Assembly (NCBI GenBank): GCA_002269645.1 | Contig: NIVC01000366.1 | Span: 583,523 to 647,522, forward strand | DNA from: Macrostomum lignano | Taxonomy: Eukaryota | Length of the DNA: 64,000 nucleotides | Reading direction: 5' to 3' | Shown: piece after piece, positions 38,826 to 52,562 of the stretch | Position numbering within the stretch: the stretch's first letter is position 1 | How the letters are laid out: each line of letters starts with the position of its first letter | Program-made: the position numbers and the translations under genes | The notes under the pieces: model-generated | The model's input: the letters and a program-made list of their open reading frames with translations, nothing else | What the model was told of the DNA's origin: nothing | Databases searched by the model: none

Positions 38826-39644
38826 ACGTACTAATAGAAGTCAACTGCGTATCTCATAAGATGTTGATTCATGCATCGATACCTAAGATGTGTTTCAGGC
38901 AGACTCACATGCATAATATAATTTTAGTTTGCCCGCATATTAAGCTTGTAGTAATGAAGTGTTTCAGCTAAAAGCAGAAATTTTAGCCACAGATGAGGCA
39001 GTCCATACGAGCTAGAAGCAACAAACTGCTACTCATGCTTTCAAAGTTGTACCGACTGCGTGAAGTCTGCAGGGAGAGTGGCTTCACATCTCCCGGGAGC
39101 TGCAGTTAGAAGATCCAGCTTCTATTCCTCTTCATCTCTCTGTCTCTCCTTTCCCTTTCTTGCTGCCCTAATTTGCCACTTAACTCAATTTTCAGCTATA
39201 GAGGCCCAGATGAACCGGACCATTGGAATTTGGATGGCGGTGAAAGCGGAGCAGAGCATGAGGGCTGCATGGACACCAAGCCCTTGCGAGCTCGGAATTA
39301 GGGAAGTCCGTCATTGGATTTCCATGAAAATAATTAAGCGCTCTATAGGCGACTCTGCAGAGATGAGCTAAACTTTTCGACTAAAGAGCTAACTCAGTTT
39401 TTTGGGTCTTGATGTATTCGGCTCTGCTCAGCTCAAGTCGTTTCATTGCACACACTCGGCTTTCCTCTTTGGTTCTCCTGTTTGAGTCTTTCTGACTGCT
39501 CTATCTGACGCTTCCTTTGATAGAAATGGCTTGGCCTATTGAAACAGTCTGCAGAAACTGTCTATACAGAACCAGTCTTACAGATATAGTCTACAGAGAC
39601 AGTCCACAGAAACAGTCTACAGACAGAAACAGACAGAAACAGTC

Positions 39645-40271
<627 letters not shown>

Positions 40272-40319
40272 CTACAGATATAGTCTACTGAAACAGTCTA
40301 CAGATAGTCTACAGATATA

Positions 40320-40435
40320 GGGGTCGTACTATAAAGCTGTCGTAGCGTAAGTTCGATCGTACGTCAGAACTTTTACACTGCGGAGATAGGAGCTAAGATC
40401 GATCTTATCTTACGATGGCTTATAGAACGGGCCAC
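40320..40435. mobile_element. ~116-bp MITE inserted into a 13-bp satellite
   Basis: Imperfect ~38-bp TIRs (ggggtcgtactataaagctgtcgtagcgtaagttcgatc vs complement gtggcccgttctataagccatcgtaagataagatcgatc); ata on both flanks. Confidence 0.55.
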
Positions 40436-40655
40436 ATAGTCTACAGAACAGTCTACAGAAACAGTCTACAGATAGTCTACAGATATAGTCTACAGAAACA
40501 GTCTACAGAAACAGTCTACAGAAACAGTCTACAGAAACAGTCTACAGACAGAAACAGTCTACAGAAACAGTCTACAGAAACAGTCTACAGATAGTCTACA
40601 GATATAGTCTACAGAAACAGTCTACAGAAGCAGTCTACAGAAACAGTCTACAGAC
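40436..40655. repeat. 13-bp minisatellite (agtctacagaaac); further patches at 39545-39645 and 40272-40320
   Basis: Read directly from the sequence. Confidence 0.9.
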
Positions 40656-41219
40656 ACGGGGCTTACAAAGGCTTGAAAATTTGCAAAAATCCTTCATTTA
40701 CAGTCCTACAGTCTACATAACCGAAGGCCATGCTCGAGCAATGCTCAAAAAAAGTGCTCAGAAATTTACTACACAGTTAGGTTAGGATTGCAATACGACC
40801 ATTTTTTTCTAGCTTTGTCAATCATTTACCCCCAACCCCCCCCCCCCTATAGGATTTTCAACAGTGGAATATGATTTTTGGCAGTCACCACCTGTTAGGG
40901 ACAGGGGGACTTCAGCGCGTTTGTGACGGACCGCCTGAAACAGCTAATACGGCGCCATTTTTGTGGCTGAACAGACGCATGAGCCAAGGACCGCTAAACA
41001 CTATGCAGCTAGCAGTCCTTGCGCACGGGAGTTGGGCGTCCCGACTTGGCATTGGAAAAAAAACGAGACAGGCGCGATTTGGCTGCGGCTTGTCTGGGAA
41101 TCCTATAGCCGACTGGCTTATTATTTGAAAATGCCTAATTAGGAGTCTAAAATCCTTATCCTGGCAGACAGACTGATAGGCAGACAGGGGCGCCGGCTGG
41201 AATGCAGATTGACAGAAAA

Positions 41220-41935
<716 letters not shown>

Positions 41936-42957
41936 GTACGCACGAACAGGTAGACTGCTAGCGACACCAATCCGGAAAAATTTCAAAAATCCCAAACTTT
42001 GGCAAATCAAAATATTTCCCGTCCTGCAGGTTTTATCAGCAGGGAGATCAAAGAAATCAAAAGGGAAGGCTCACCACCTGCCGGAATCGGCTAAAATCAA
42101 AGCAAAGAAACTCCAACTCACCGCTAATTGAATCAAGTAGCAACATCAGCTCAGCAGGTGTGTCGGAGCTCAATTATTTGCTAGCAACTTTCCGCCGGGG
42201 TTTAAAGCGAATTTAATATTTCTGTTTGACTTCTTAAAATAAAGCGAGGAGGGTTATCACAGGATCAGGGAGAGGGGGTTTATTCTCGCTTTCAGTCTCT
42301 CCACTTCCGCGTTGCTTTTCCCCGCTTTTAAAAAAGAGTCGAATTTGAGCTTCGATAAGAGGCTTCCTGCGCTTTCGAAGAGACCTTCTAAGTAAAACAC
42401 TGTAAGTACGCTGCCTGAGAAGGAATTATAGGGTATGTTGTTGGGGAAGGATGGATGGCCGGCGGGTTGATAAAATAAATCCTAAAAAAGCCACTTGCAC
42501 GGCTGCAGAGGGGAGGGGGGCTCTGAGAGCCAATGGCATCGCACGGTCGCACCGACTGAACTACCCGCCAACCCCAGTTTTTTCTCCGGCCCAAAATTGA
42601 CTTTCAGGAGGGACCGGCAAATGTGCGCAAGCCCCCTATCATAAGCTGCTGAAGGAGGAGAAGGGCTTTAAGATCTTCTCATCTCCTCTATCCCCCCAAA
42701 ATCAGTGGGAGCTCAAAAATTTCGTCTGCCGAATAATGATCAAAAGCGCCTAGGCTTTTCTGAAGGGGTTTTATTAGCTTCAAAATACTCTCTGGGATTA
42801 TAGAAGAGAGTGTGTGTGCGTCAAGAGACTAAATACTATGTAAATATAGGTTTTCACATTGATCTAAATTTTTTGTATGATACAAATCGACATTTACAAC
42901 AGATAAAGATTTACCAAGAGAATCCTGTCCACCAAATACACTGTGTACCAAAGACAC

Positions 42958-44265
42958 AGAGCAGACACCCTGAAGGCCCTCAGAGAGGAAGGGGCAGACA
43001 CCCTTAAGGACCTCAGAGAGGGAAGGGGCAGAAACCCTGAAGGCCCTCACAGGGGAAGGGGCAGACACCCTAAAGGACCTCAGAGGGGGAAGGAGCTGAC
43101 ACCCTAAAAAACCTCAGAGGGGAAGGGGCAGACACCCTGAAGGCCCTCACAGGGGAAGGGGCAGACACCCTGAAGGCCCTCACAGGGGAAGGGGCAGACA
43201 CCCTGAAGGCCCTCACAGGGGAAGGGGCAGACACCCTGAAGGCCCTCACAGGGGAAGGGGCAGACACCCTGAAGGCCCTCACAGGGGAAGGGGCAGACAC
43301 GCTGAAGGCCCTCAGAGGGGAAGGGGCAGACACCCTGAAGGCCCTCAGAGGGGGAGGGGCAGACACCCTGAAGGCCCTCAGAGGGGGAGGGGCAGACACC
43401 CTGAAGGCCCTCAGAGGGGAAGGGGCAGACACGCTGAAGGCCCTCAGAGGGGAAGGGCAGACACCCTGAAGGCCCTCAGAGGGGGAGGGGCAGACACGCT
43501 GAAGGCCCTCAGAGGGGAAGGGGCAGACACCCTGAAGGCCCTCAGAAAGGGAGGGGCAGACACCCTGAAGGCCCTCAGAGGGGAAGGGGCAGACACGCTG
43601 AAGGCCCTCAGAGGGGAAGGGGCAGACACCCTGAAGGCCCTCAGAGGGGGAGGGGCAGACACCCTGAAGGCCCTCAGAGGGGGAGGGGCAGACACCCTGA
43701 AGGCCCTCAGAGGGGAAGGGGCAGACACGCTGAAGGCCCTCAGAGGGGAAGGGGCAGACACCCTGAAGGCCCTCAGAGGGGGAGGGGCAGACACGCTGAA
43801 GGCCCTCAGAGGGGAAGGGGCAGAAACCCTGAAGGCCCTCACAGGGGAAGGGGCAGACACCCTAAAAGACCTCAGAGGGGGAAGGGGCAGACACCCTGAA
43901 GGCCCTCAGAGGGGAAGGGGCAGACACGCTGAAGGCCCTCAGAGGGGAAGGGGCAGACACCCTGAAGGCCCTCAGAGGGGGAGGGGCAGACACGCTGAAG
44001 GCCCTCAGAGGGGAAGGGGCAGACACCCTGAAGGCCCTCAGAGGGGGAGGGGCAGACACCCTGAAGGCCCTCAGAGGGGGAGGGGCAGACACCCTGAAGG
44101 CCCTCAGAGGGGAAGGGGCAGACACGCTGAAGGCCCTCAGAGGGGAAGGGGCAGACACCCTGAAGGCCCTCAGAGGGGGAGGGGCAGACACGCTGAAGGC
44201 CCTCAGAGGGGAAGGGGCAGACACCCTGAAGGCCCTCAGAGGGGGAGGGGCAGACACCCTGAAGG
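42958..44265. repeat. 33-bp G-rich minisatellite (~39 copies)
   Basis: Unit gaggggaaggggcagacaccctgaaggccctca. Confidence 0.95.
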
Positions 44266-45008
44266 ACCAGCGGTTAACAGCGGAACAAGAAGCGAGTCCC
44301 TGTGCACCAATATGTATCATCAGTCCTAGCAATCACGCATCTTGCCTGACTAAGGCTGCCTCACTAGCGCGCACGCAATGCAATGCAAAAAAGCAAACGA
44401 ATGAACCAACGAATACAAACGAAGCAGATTCGTAATCTAATAAACAGGAATTTTGTTGAAAGACGAAATCCTGACGAAGCCTGTCGGTCTCCCAGACTGT
44501 AGCAATATTATTCAGTAGCTGCGCATAGGATGTTATATATTTGAGTCTTAGCTTGACTCAAGAATTATGCAAATAACTTCAACCCCCTGCCCTCCCTCCC
44601 CGCCTCACGATCGTCTCGATTTATCGCTCCTGATAACACTGCAGCCATGTGCGTGAGTCCCTTTCGAGACCTCTTTGCCGCGTCACCTTGGCTGACCTCT
44701 GTCACAAGACTATATTCTCGTATTGAGATGGGAATGTGATTTCGAATTCAATAGTGAAATTTTCATTTTTCGCAAAGGCTTAACTACATGTAGAAACAGC
44801 TTGAAAGGTAAGATAAAGGTAGGCTTGATTAGCAACTGCTTTTGTTCCTTCTTTGTGTAAGGCGCTTCGGTTCATCCCGAGGGAAATCTGAGATTGACTG
44901 ATTGATCTATTATGAAATATAGAAATATGCTTCTGCCTGACGCTGCTGGGCCCTTTCTTTTAGAGAGGGGGGAGCGGCTGAGGGGGGACACGCGTCCTAC
45001 TCTCACGC

Positions 45009-45309
45009 CAAGGACCTCGGGTTCTTCATCTAAGGCTCGAGTCAAGGACCTCGGGTTCTTCATCTAAGGCTCGAGTCAAGGACCTCGGGTTCTTCATCTA
45101 AGGCTCGAGTCAAGGACCTCGGGTTCTTCATCTAAGGCTCGAGTCAAGGACCTCGGGTTCTTCATCTAAGGCTCGAGTCAAGGACCTCGGGTTCTTCATC
45201 TAAGGCTCGAGTCAAGGACCTCGGGTTCTTCATCTAAGGCTCGAGTCAAGGACCTCGGGTTCTTCATCTAAGGCTCGAGCCAAGGACCTCGGGTTCTTCA
45301 TCTAAGGCT
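45009..45309. repeat. 34-bp near-perfect tandem repeat (~9 copies)
   Basis: caaggacctcgggttcttcatctaaggctcgagt; no spacers. Confidence 0.95.
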
Positions 45310-46182
45310 TTAATTTGTACAAAGTGGGTTTAATTTTGTATTAAATTTGCGCTCAAGCTACTTAAAATAGGTAGAGGCACGAAGCTTTTTAGACGGAAAC
45401 TAATTAAAGAGGATGCGAACTTGAGAGTCCCGATTTCTCTACGCCAGTCCCTTCTCTACGGTGATTTGATACCGATGTTTTGATACACGATCGTGGATAT
45501 TTCGGTTGTCTTACTCGTACCGTACTGTTCCTTTGTTACGAGTTGGTTACTACTCCGTATCAGCTGCCCCATCCACTGAAAAGACAACCAGTCCTAAAAC
45601 GCCCAAAAGAAACAGCCATTAAACATCGGATTCTCCGGGATGAATTACGTGTACCATCGCTTGTAGAGGCGATACACGTACACGTATTTCCAGCTCGAAT
45701 TCGGACAGAAACTTTAACAGATCAGCGTGCCTAAATTACGTCAAGTCGACAAAAATTTAAGCAATTGCCAAACATTCGTTGATGTCTTGCATTCGTTTGA
45801 AATAAACAAAAAGTGCACGAAATTGTTAGTACGATAAGTCAGTCAATAGCTTGACATGGAAAACAAGTCGCTTGCAGACTCAATACGATCGAATGAAATT
45901 GAAAGCGTCTATGGCCATAGCGTGCCCTTCCGCTCGGCTCAGTATCTTAAAAGTGCATGCAGCAGACTAAAGAGTAGTCTAGGGCAGTAAATCTGGACCT
46001 GTATTAAAAAATGCAAGTTAAGAACAGATGCCCCCAAGAAGGAGAGAAGTAGAATCAGTCAAGGACGAGCGAGCAGCAATACTCAGCCGAGCAACAAGAG
46101 CAGAGCAGCCGCAGCCCGCAGCAACAAGAGCGCTACTTCATTCGCAACCAAGTGTTCGAGTTCTAAGTTGCAACAACAGAAG

Positions 46183-46560
46183 ATGTGCGGTACTTGCGGC
46201 GGAAGCGGCGGCGGTGGCGGTGGCGGCTTCGGTGGTGGCTTCCCGCCGTGCGGCGACTCTTGTGCACCACCACCGCCTTGCTGCCCTCCACCGTGCTGTC
46301 CAGACCCGTGCTGCCCTCCGCCGTGCTGTCCAGACCCGTGCTGCCCTCCACCGTGCTATGCAGATCCGTGCTGTCCTCCACCGTGCTGCCCTCCGCCGTG
46401 CTGTCCGGACCCGTGCTGCCCCCCGCCGTGCTGCCCTCCGCCGTGCTGCCCACTAGGACCGCAGTCGTGCTGCCCCCAGCCGTGCTGTCCGGATCCGTGC
46501 GGTGCGCCGTGCAGCATGTGCTGCTACGATTGCTGCGACTGCAACGTGAACTGCTGCTAG
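46183..46560 (+). CDS. Small Cys/Pro/Gly-rich protein (125 aa; CCPPP/CCPDP repeats), intronless
   Basis: ATG 46183 to TAG 46560. Synonymous third-position variation among repeats (ccg/cca/ccc; gac/gat) keeps the CCP pattern. AATAAA at ~46814. Confidence 0.8.
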   Translation: MCGTCGGSGGGGGGGFGGGFPPCGDSCAPPPPCCPPPCCPDPCCPPPCCPDPCCPPPCYADPCCPPPCCPPPCCPDPCCPPPCCPPPCCPLGPQSCCPQPCCPDPCGAPCSMCCYDCCDCNVNCC

Positions 46561-47442
46561 CGCCTTGCTGCTGTACGGAGAGTCGTCAACCTGAACCTCT
46601 AAACTTGACAATGGGGATGGCGTTTTTTTAGAACTCTTGGCTGGCTCCGTGTGTACATTAGAACCTTTTTATTGCAGCACGTGTCCCCTCTGCACATCTC
46701 GATCGCGATGCGAGGCGGAGCGCTCCGCAATTTTTTGTTCTGTGATCCCAACTCCCCGACTTGAGCTATCAATCAATGCCAAGCTTTGCCTAATAGCGAA
46801 CGCGCTATGTTATAATAAAGTGGCAGTCTAAAATTGCTTTTTTTATTGTGCGGAAATAAATCTCGCGTCTGTTATTACTAATATCTAAGACTACAACCAC
46901 TCCCTACTAACGCAAAACGCCAGTTTTTGCCCAACAAGACTTTTAGAAAGAAAACTGATGCGAATAATTCCGGAAAAAAGCATTTTCACACAGATCAAAC
47001 GATGGGATTTTGTGTTAGACTTTTCCAACTTGGAGAATTCCTAATAAACGGGGACTAACATTTAGTTTCGAGTTCGAACATTCAACTTAATCAGTTTTGG
47101 CGGCTAAAATTCTTGTTGATTGCTATAGTTGCTCCCACAGAGATTCACTAAGCTGAGTGATGCTTACTAAGCTATAGGTAAGCCACCACCAAGCCAGGCA
47201 TTAAATTCGTGTTTGCGTGATCGCGTATTGGACACTGGACAGCGTCCTTTGATGCACGATAAATATCATGATCTTAATGCAGCCCCGTAGTATAGCATTT
47301 TTTTATTGCATTTAGGAAGTCTAGCATGCAGTTTCAGACGCGGCCAACCATAGTTCAAGCTTTGACAATTGTTTAGGACCAAAACTGTGTATTGAGGAGA
47401 GCATCGAATTCAGACTTTAAACTCAGAAGGGTTACCATATAC

Positions 47443-47476
<34 letters not shown>

Positions 47477-47559
47477 AATACGTTGTCGGGCTAGTCAGTC
47501 ACACAACGTCACACACAAAAACGCACAAAAATTGCTTACTGAGGTAAACAACGAACCGA

Positions 47560-48000
47560 TCAGCATAAGTGCACATTGTTCTTTTTGTACTCAACAAACG
47601 ACCTCTTGTAGTCGCACAGCACCGGTGGAGCAACCTTGAGGCCTCGACTCACCTAGCCGAAAGTCTCCTTGAACAAGTCGCCGATTTCCATGAAGCCGAT
47701 GTCTTTGCTGCAGCCTCCGTGCACGAACTGGATGCAGAAATTGCGATTGAAGCCATTCCAGGGGTTGCCAGCGATCCAGTAGGGATGTGACCCGATCAGC
47801 CGCTTTGGTGTGAACCAGTTCTCCGAGTCTAGCTCATTGGAATCTTTGCCGACATCAAATGTGACGCTTGCAGACCACCGTGTCGTCTTGGCTCACCAGC
47901 CGATTATAGCTCGCGGCAAGTTGTCCAGAATTCCATACCGAAAGACGTCTGGTATCTACCGAGAGGCCTCTTTCCGCAATGGGCTTTGATGGTGAAAGGC
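47560..48000 (-). pseudogene. Disrupted coding fragment with ...NWFTPKRLIGS...RNFCIQFVHGGCSKDIG... motif
   Basis: A protein-like open stretch (VTFDVGKD...SENWFTPKRLIGSHPYW...FNRNFCIQFVHGGCSKDIGFMEIGDLF) is bounded by in-frame TGA and TAG; downstream VSRGLKVAPPVLCDY continues in frame. Confidence 0.45.
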
Positions 48001-48399
48001 AAGGTTTTTACCCGCCTCTGTATTTTTATAACGTATGTATATATATATATATACATAAAAAGTCTAAAGTATAAAGTATACTTTAAAAGTATAAAGGTAT
48101 AAAAAGTCCGAATTCATACTTTAGCGACTGTATTTACCACTGTAGATGATATACCGCTTGAACTTTATTATTTATCACAGCTTATCACCATTACTTTGCT
48201 GCTGCCATGGTGAATGGTTGTGAATGCAAATGTAGATCTGGAGGTATTGTGACGCACGATTAGCGAATCTATTTTAGATAAAAAATGGAAATAGAGAAAA
48301 TGCACCATTTTTGTTAACTCTATTGTACATGGCGATTTTCCAAAAAATGTAACAAGTGAGAAATTCAATAGTTTACCTTTTTGTTAGTCTGGATTAATT

Positions 48400-48720
48400 G
48401 TTTATTTTTAAAAAAATTGAGCACTGGGAGTACAACAACAAGGCACACCGCGGGAGAAGACAGTACATTTCACGAAGGACGGTGTTGGATTACAGTAGTT
48501 TCCTCAGCGGCAACAGATGCGCCTGGCCGATCACCCCAGCGTCATCCAGAAGGCAATCCACGTAGCGGCGTGTCCAGCCGTAGCTCTGGCGCCAGGGGCC
48601 CTGCATCGAGAGCGGCTGGATGTCCTGTACCGGTTGCACAGATAGTGTGGCCCGCCAGTTGAAGTCTTCGCCTGCGGAGGGTCTCGACTCTCGCTAAGAT
48701 TGCCCCAGAGTCAATATACT
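48400..48720 (-). mobile_element. RTE-like LINE 3'-end fragment
   Basis: Minus strand RRLQLAGH and RRYVDCLLDDAG, the same motifs as at 1575-1730; ends near a ttgttgt tail. Confidence 0.7.
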
Positions 48721-48788
48721 AGTTTTGACTGCTAGTGGTCCTTGTTTGGATTCTTCTCCGCGAGTTATCGTGGAGTTGGCAGTAAAGT

Positions 48789-48860
48789 CAAGGACTACTT
48801 AAGTTATATATACGTTATACTTTATACGTTATACGATATACGTTACTTAAGTCGTCCTTG
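48789..48860. mobile_element. 72-bp mini-MITE with 16-bp TIRs and perfect 8-bp TSD (hAT- or P-type)
   Basis: agtaaagt[caaggactacttaagt...acttaagtcgtccttg]agtaaagt; one TIR mismatch. Confidence 0.8.
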
Positions 48861-51559
48861 AGTAAAGTACGCGAGCGTACTACTAACACGTAATACCCCT
48901 CTTACTCGAAGATCTGATAGTAACGTATCTTCATGACGTGACCCGGGCTGCATGAAAACGTCTGTGCCTCCAGGCCTCGTGCCCTAGACTTCGTGGCAGC
49001 CTCTAGACGGTACAGTAGCTGCAGACGTTGCGACCAAGATCGCATTGTCTAGACAGCGGGCCCGGGTTTGTTTGAAGGTACACTGTACACGTCAGAGGCG
49101 CCGCCGCCACCAGTCACCTCACCTGTGCAGGAGAACCCGGTAAAAACTCTTGACCCCAACTGTACTAGAAATGGCCGATTAAGGGATTCTATGCGAGGCA
49201 TACAAGGACAGTCTAGGATCAGTGCTGGAAACGAGGACTTTAGCATAGGTAGATATTTTAGCTGGTGAGCGGTTTTAGACTAGGATTCCCTCCTAAGCCC
49301 CAGGATCCCAAGGTTGGATAGTAGCTCGCATTAGGTAACGTCATCTCAATGCCTTTCCTTAGCTCCTACATGGGTTCGATGCAGCAGCAGGGGATGTGGA
49401 AGTGCAGGTCCCAGAGCTCTCTCGTGGTGCACATGCATCCTACGATGACTTATTTAGAAATTACGAGAAATTACTCTTCTACTGTACGAGTAATTGTTAC
49501 TGCTAGGATTATTTGGTTAAATTTGGTTCATTCTCGGTGATCCTCCTCTCTGATCCCCAGTTTCCATTCCATCATGCCCTGCGACAGGCGCACTCAAGCT
49601 ATTCACGTTGCATACCACGACTCTTTGTAAATGAATCAACAGCTCGACAGAAGCAATAAACGAGTTGAATCGCTACCGCCCTGAATTATTGGCCCTAAAA
49701 CTTGGTCCTAACCGCTCGGTAAATTATTAAAACGGAATCAACAAGTTAGGATTGACAGATTAGAAAATGATGAGCAATGGAGGGACCGGCTGACTATAGC
49801 TACATGTATACCCAAGTGCAGCGCAACAGAGAGAGAAATACCTTACAGAACACGGCCGATGGCCGGGCTGCTTGGCGCAGTAGCAGTAGTCGTTGGATAG
49901 TCCGGTGGCGGCTGCAGTCACAGACGGCCATGAAATCCAGACAAGATGCATCTGGAGGTTTGCCAAGCAAAGTTACAGCTCCAAAGGGTGGGAAAAGAAG
50001 TAGGGGAATGGGGGGGACGCAGAGCGGAACCGTACAAGTCCAGTATTAAACGCGGAAGGGGAAAGGCGGAGCGTGGAACGCTGGAAAGTTGCTGCTGGGG
50101 TCAAAACGAGCTCTTATATTTTACAGCCCTGACAGATCACGCGTCACGTGATAACGTGAGCGTGATGCGTGACACTGAAGGTCGTGACTTGCTGATCTTG
50201 GCCTCCGTTATCAAGCAACCCTGAGATGATGACGTCACCCGTCAGCCGCGCTGCCATTGGACGAGAAATTGGGGTGGGGCGCAGCGGAGAAAAAATATTT
50301 ATGATGGGGGGATTACGTAACAGGCAGGGAAAAACTTGCGGGGAGATAGGGGGTCATAATTAACTGTCATGCTTTCGAAGTTTGACTTCGAAACTTTGAA
50401 ATTTTTGTCACTTGTGACAAAAAATTGTGCACGATCTTGACCATCACGCAGGACAAGACAGCAGCGCGGTCATCGTCACTCAAGAAAAAAACATTCAAAC
50501 TCAGTGGGAGAGTTGCATTGGCGGTCTACCATGCAGATAACGTACTGCACCCTGCACCGATCCCGCGAGGCTCGATCCCTTCAGGCGCGTAAGCTGCAGA
50601 AATCTTCGGATATTTGCTCGTAGGCCGCCCCTATAGGGAGGGAAAAAGAAATATACCGGAAACAGACTTCAAATTTTTTTTAGGCTTTTTGAGGGGATAC
50701 ACCCGGCCCCATCCCTCTCCAGGGCGTCACCTGGATTTTCATGATGGGGGACAAAGCCAAGAATTCTACATTTAAATGTACATGACTAAATTCCTACACA
50801 TTATTTTGAGAATTAGTGCACGTGCTCATTTTGGCACTACAGGCACTCGATCATGTTAGCGTCGCAGACACTCATTTTAGCGTAGCTATTTTGTTTGCCC
50901 TAAAAGCAGAGTTATTGATTTCCACAACGGGTCAATTGACAAGCAATTGACAAGTCCGTCCCCGCTGTCCTCCCGGTGGCGACGCCCCTGGCCGCCTCCC
51001 TACGCCCCTGGCTCCCTCATTAAAGTCTTAGTTGTTCCGAACTATTTTGAACACTCTATATTTTAATTTTTATTATGATGATTTAGAATTCTGAGTAAGT
51101 GTGCCACCACCAATTTTTGGTTTTCCCTAAAATGTTAAGCTATTCTGCCCGCACTTTCGCGTTGAGCAATGTAAAAAGTAGTAAAATGTTAAAATGTTGA
51201 AAGTGCTTTACATCCAATTTAAGGCTCAAGCCTTAAAAGCTAATTAATTTTACTGAGTAGTAGTAGTAGTAGTAAGTAGTAGTAAATTTGGCTCAGGCAA
51301 GGAGCCTAGCTGTTTTGCCAGTATTATACGATGTCTTTAGCATTTGTTCGATCACAAGGTTAAATAATTTTACACGATCGCTGAAAACGAGTTACGATAT
51401 TTGTATAAGTAAGGTATTTGAAGAGCGTCTGGAAATTTTTTTACGGATTTTTTTCAGCCGACTAATGACTAACGACAGGACGACCTTTACCTTAAAAACG
51501 AGGTAAATGTACCGGTGGGGTTTGGTGTCTGGGGGTGCAGGTGATAAATAATGAGTCAT

Positions 51560-52330
51560 CATGGGGGTGCAGGAATCACAGGAAAAGAAGAAAGGGTGCG
51601 GAAGAATAAGTGGGCCCCGAGCCACGACGTGCCTTAAATCATTCAAATTACGGTAAATTTTGCATAGATTGATGAGTACGAGTACCCTATTTTCACGTCC
51701 TTCTGAAAGAAAACATCAGTCCCAATCAACTATATTGCTTTTGTCGTGCTATGTGTAACAGCGGGCATGCATAGAATTCTATAGCCATGCGTTTGAATTA
51801 ACTCGGGCAAAGCAAGCCATAGACAACTCGATTTGTCATGCAATATGGAACGATGAGCCGGAATAGAAGGAACGGTCTGAGTTTTCTTTACAGAAAGAAT
51901 AAAAACAGACATTAATGAAGCACATTTTAAGTCACAAATTGAAACCATCAAATATAAAAAGGTCAACTCTTCGTTAGCGTATTCGCTTCTGGCGTCGAGG
52001 CTTTCGACTCGGTTGGTGTTTTGGCGCACATCCGTTCCCTTTGTAGCAAGTTTGATCGTAAAGAGCAAACCATCCATACTCGATCAATTGTTTTAAGGCT
52101 CATATGCGGCTTGTCAGGAAAGCTTCCAACCAGCTTCTCAGCCATTGACTTTAGCGTTAGAATGGGATTTTGCTGCACTTCTTGTTGCAAAAAATTGCAT
52201 CTCTGCGTCCATTTTGCAGCTTTCTTCCTTGCGTCATCCACGAGGCAATTAGCTTTCAATCTGCCGGCTTGTTCGAATGTTGAAAACATGTTGTTAAAAT
52301 CGTACTTTGAAATCCCGCCGTAATCTAATA
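51560..52330 (-). mobile_element. Degenerate Tc1/IS630-type transposase fragment
   Basis: NPILTLKSMAEKL...SLKTIDR (HTH-like), ARSEYA, then F-I-F-D-G-F-N-L in a shifted frame (first catalytic D region, cf. IDE.GFNL); multiple stops. Confidence 0.6.
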
Positions 52331-52454
52331 TAACAACTAAATTAAACTGCGACAGAACAAAAACAAGTCACGATAAAATTTGTCGCAATAAAATTCGTCG
52401 CTTTTCTTTCTAACTTCTAAAACAACAATAACTCTTCAGCGAAACTTATAACAA

Positions 52455-52562
52455 ATCTTTCGCCGAAATGGTCAGCTTTAGACGAAATGGTCATTGCGAA
52501 ATATATTTTTCACCGTTATTGACTTTCGCCGAAAATTCTTTCGCCGAAGTGGGTTGAAACCG
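52455..52562. mobile_element. DNA-transposon end with repeated ttcgccgaa subterminal motifs
   Basis: tttcgccgaa occurs three times, plus variants, ending in gtgggttgaaacc; partner end not found. Confidence 0.4.

Noticed and set aside
44290-44325. Hammerhead ribozyme cores at CTGATGA occurrences (also 17785)
   Set aside because: No correctly placed GAAA or supporting stems.
45009-45309. CRISPR-like 34-bp direct repeats
   Set aside because: Repeats are contiguous without unique spacers, the context is eukaryotic and no cas genes are present.
45908-45925. 5S rRNA-like start (gtctatggccatag)
   Set aside because: Similarity ends after ~14 nt; no internal control region or terminator.
50720-50990. 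hAT MITE bounded by cagggcgtcacc / ggtggcgacgcccctg
   Set aside because: TIR-like ends are plausible but no target-site duplication was found.
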